DNA from: Azolla caroliniana
Lineage: Eukaryota; Plantae; Polypodiophyta
DNA: 64,000 nt
Direction of reading: 5' to 3'
Assembly: GCA_043228905.1 (NCBI GenBank)
Contig: JBHGNT010000016.1
Coordinates: 14,570,001 to 14,634,000 of the forward strand
Positions 61,516-64,000 of this stretch are shown one piece after another. Each line of letters starts with the position of its first letter. Position 1 is the stretch's first letter. Both the position numbers and the translations under genes were made by a program. Below the pieces are notes generated by a model that worked only from the letters and a program-made list of their open reading frames with translations, was not told where the DNA came from and made no database searches.

Positions 61516-62696
61516 TGATGACTCCTTCCACTTTGAATCCTTAGTGTGAACACATTCTATAGTTAGGGCTAGAGTATATAAGGTCAAGCCTAACATTGTA
61601 AACAAATGTCTTGGAGTGAAAAGAGTTACAGAGAAGAGAATAAGAGAAAACTTCCATTGAAGCTTAATCTGTGTCTATATTCTACCTTCCTTCTTCTTCT
61701 TGTTGCATGTCTGTGTTGTTTGCTATACATATCTTACCTTGCAAGTCCTTATCATATTCCTCATCTAACATATATCAACAAGTGGTATCAAAGTGACCTT
61801 GCTGTCTAGTGACGAAGAATAGAAAAAAAGTTAAGAAGAGAAGTCATCCAGGTGAGAGGAAAAGACAATATCAACAACATCTACTTCCAGTGAATGAATG
61901 GTGACACAGTCTGACACGAGTGTCAAAATCCAGAAGTTCGACAGGAAGAACTTCGCCCTCTGGAAGGAAAGGATGCAGGATGTCCTCATCATCCGATGAT
62001 AGATTGAAGCCATTCGGCATAACACCAAGCCAGCTTCATTGTCTGCAAAAGAATGGTGATCTATGGACGAAATAGTCAGATTAACCATTCGAATGCACCT
62101 GGCCAAAAATGTCTATTTCAACATGGAAAAGGAGACGATTGCATTCTCTTTGTGGGAGAAACTATAGGTGGTGTACGATTGCATCCAATGATAGATTGAA
62201 GCCATTCGGCATAACATCAAGCCAATTTCATTGTCTGCAAAAGAATGGCGATCTATGGACGAAATAGTCTAATTGACCATTCGAATGCACCTGGCTGAAA
62301 AATGTCTATTTCAGTAGGGCAAAGGAGACGATTGCATTCTCTTTGTGGGAGAAACTATAGGTGGTGTACGAGAAGAAATCCTCCTCATCAAAGTTGATAC
62401 TGATTCAATTTTTTTAACATGAATATGAGAGAGACGGATCCAGCAACCTCCCACATCAACACCTTTAGTTGGATATTATCTGAACTCTACTCCTAAGGGA
62501 TTAACTTCAAAGAAGAAGTTAAAGTGTGTGCCCTCCTTTCGAGCTTGCCGGCGAGTTGGGAGGTATTCTGCATGACTTTTGCCAACTGCTGTTTGAATCT
62601 AAATCTAAATGAGATGATCGAACATGTCCTAATCGAGGACATTTGGCGAAAATCGATGGGACGCACCATCGATGAGTCAACAAAAGCCCACCATTC
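61516..62696 (+). mobile_element. Truncated Copia: LTR to 61780, PBS at 61783, gag remnant with an internal ~190-bp duplication
   Basis: LTR homologous to the 55290 LTR; TGGTATCAAAG; KFDRKNFALWKERMQD, LLSSLPASWE. Confidence 0.8.
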
Positions 62697-64000
62697 TGTC
62701 GAATACGGGTCTCTAATGGATGTATTCACACCTGTCACTTTTGTACACACTAGGTTTAGGCTATTTATGTAAATAGTGAGAAGGGCAGTTGACCTAAGTT
62801 AGTCAGTATATAAACTGACTTTGTAACCTAGTTTTGTAGTTGTTGAAAATATAGTTCATCTTGTGCCTAACGTCCCTCTCTCTGGCGTTCTAGTTGCATA
62901 TTATTCTATGTTTTCTGTTGCCATCAAACTACCTTGCTTTTATCGGTCTATGATCTTCTCTTCAGAAGAGTGTTGATTTGTTTCGCACTAGATGGCACAT
63001 TCACAACATCTAGTATCAGAGCTTGGTGCTCTCGATTCTGCTACCGCCGTTTATCTAGTTTCCATAAGCAACTCTTCTTCTGTACACCATGAAGATCTCG
63101 GTTGGAAACTCTCTACAAGATCGTTCTCGCAAAGAGAAACACCAGCAATATTTGCACTCCACTGCTCTAAATCACCATTGAACTAAGCCAATCGACTACA
63201 CTTCACTCCTGTGATTGTAGCCGCTCGGAGTGAGTTTTCACTTCACAAGCTCTGCCTTAGTCGTACTACATTGGATTAGACAACAATCGAACAGATCACC
63301 TGATGCCAATCACTCGCCTATCATAATCACTCATAGTAGTTTGGGCCCCAGGAACAACCCCCTTTCGTGCTTCATTCAGCTAGACAACACTCAGAAAGAT
63401 TAGTTGAATATGTTCCCCTCATTGTCGCAGTCACCTGAAGCAGAATCGGCCTGGATAACTAGCACACAATCTGTGATCGATCATCTCGAAAATCGACTGT
63501 CAAAAACGAATCATCAAACTCAGGTCCAACTCGACTAGGCTAGTCAGCCGTAGTCACTCGGATCGATCTCGAAAATTCCGGTTCATCGCAATGCCTCCAA
63601 GCACATCGACGTTCGATATCACTTTCTTCGGGACTGCATCATTTCAGGAAAAATCAGGCTCAGGAAGATACCTACAGCCGACAATGTCGCAGATGGGATG
63701 ACCAAGTGTCTTTCGGTGGATCGATTTTGATCTCTTCGACACCTGATGGGCATAACAAAGAATCAGCCCGATTAAGTCGGACACTCGAGATGTTTTCAAA
63801 CAATCAACTTCAACAGTTCAAAGTTCGGTCAGTCTCTTCGACCTCAACTAGTCCAGTCTTTTGTTTCTTGAAGTTTGCCGACTTGAACGAAATTTCGATT
63901 TGTTAGAAAACCTTGTATTAATCTATATTGTACACTTATTTCAATACTAAAGACTTCGGATGTATACGCCCATTACGGGGGAGTGTCGAATACGGGTCTC
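62697..64000 (+). mobile_element. Miniature Copia derivative: LTR 62697-63008, ~1-kb interior, 3' LTR starting at 63984
   Basis: Decayed PBS TAGTATCAGAGC; RNase H tail SKHIDVRYHFLRD..DNVADGMTK; PPT TACGGGGGAG; first 17 bp of the two LTRs identical. Confidence 0.85.

Noticed and set aside
61080-62370. Local duplications (about 70 bp at 61091/61218 and about 190 bp near 61995/62185)
   Set aside because: Ordinary decay or repair duplications in dead Copia sequence

Overview
Eukaryotic land-plant genomic DNA, probably a seed-free plant such as a fern (inferred from the retroelement types present). It is almost entirely a nest of LTR retrotransposons around one intact host gene, a two-exon secreted legume-type (L-type) lectin on the minus strand (50269-49223). 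I reconstructed the nesting by hand from LTR termini, primer-binding sites (PBS) and target-site duplications (TSD). A Copia (LTR at 7166) contains element D (8395-36401), which contains a chromovirus Gypsy (11567-32653), which contains element B (15166-30591, minus strand), which contains element A (15343-20348) and element C (23763-30412). Most notable observations: (1) the very young Gypsy-type element C has no polypurine tract (PPT); the PPT position holds a sense-strand mimic of the 3' half of the same tRNA-Arg that its PBS binds. (2) Seven insertions share TGTCR...YGACA termini and 4-bp TSDs that are, or can be derived from, N-CG-N; the three two-LTR members are pol-less, have a tRNA-Trp PBS and carry a dispersed ~90-nt repeated motif. 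(3) C carries a long extra coiled-coil ORF with a degenerate homologue at ~52 kb. (4) The chromovirus has a Tf1-type self-priming PBS. Coordinates were counted by eye, tRNA assignments rely on recalled plant tRNA sequences, and no searches were run.
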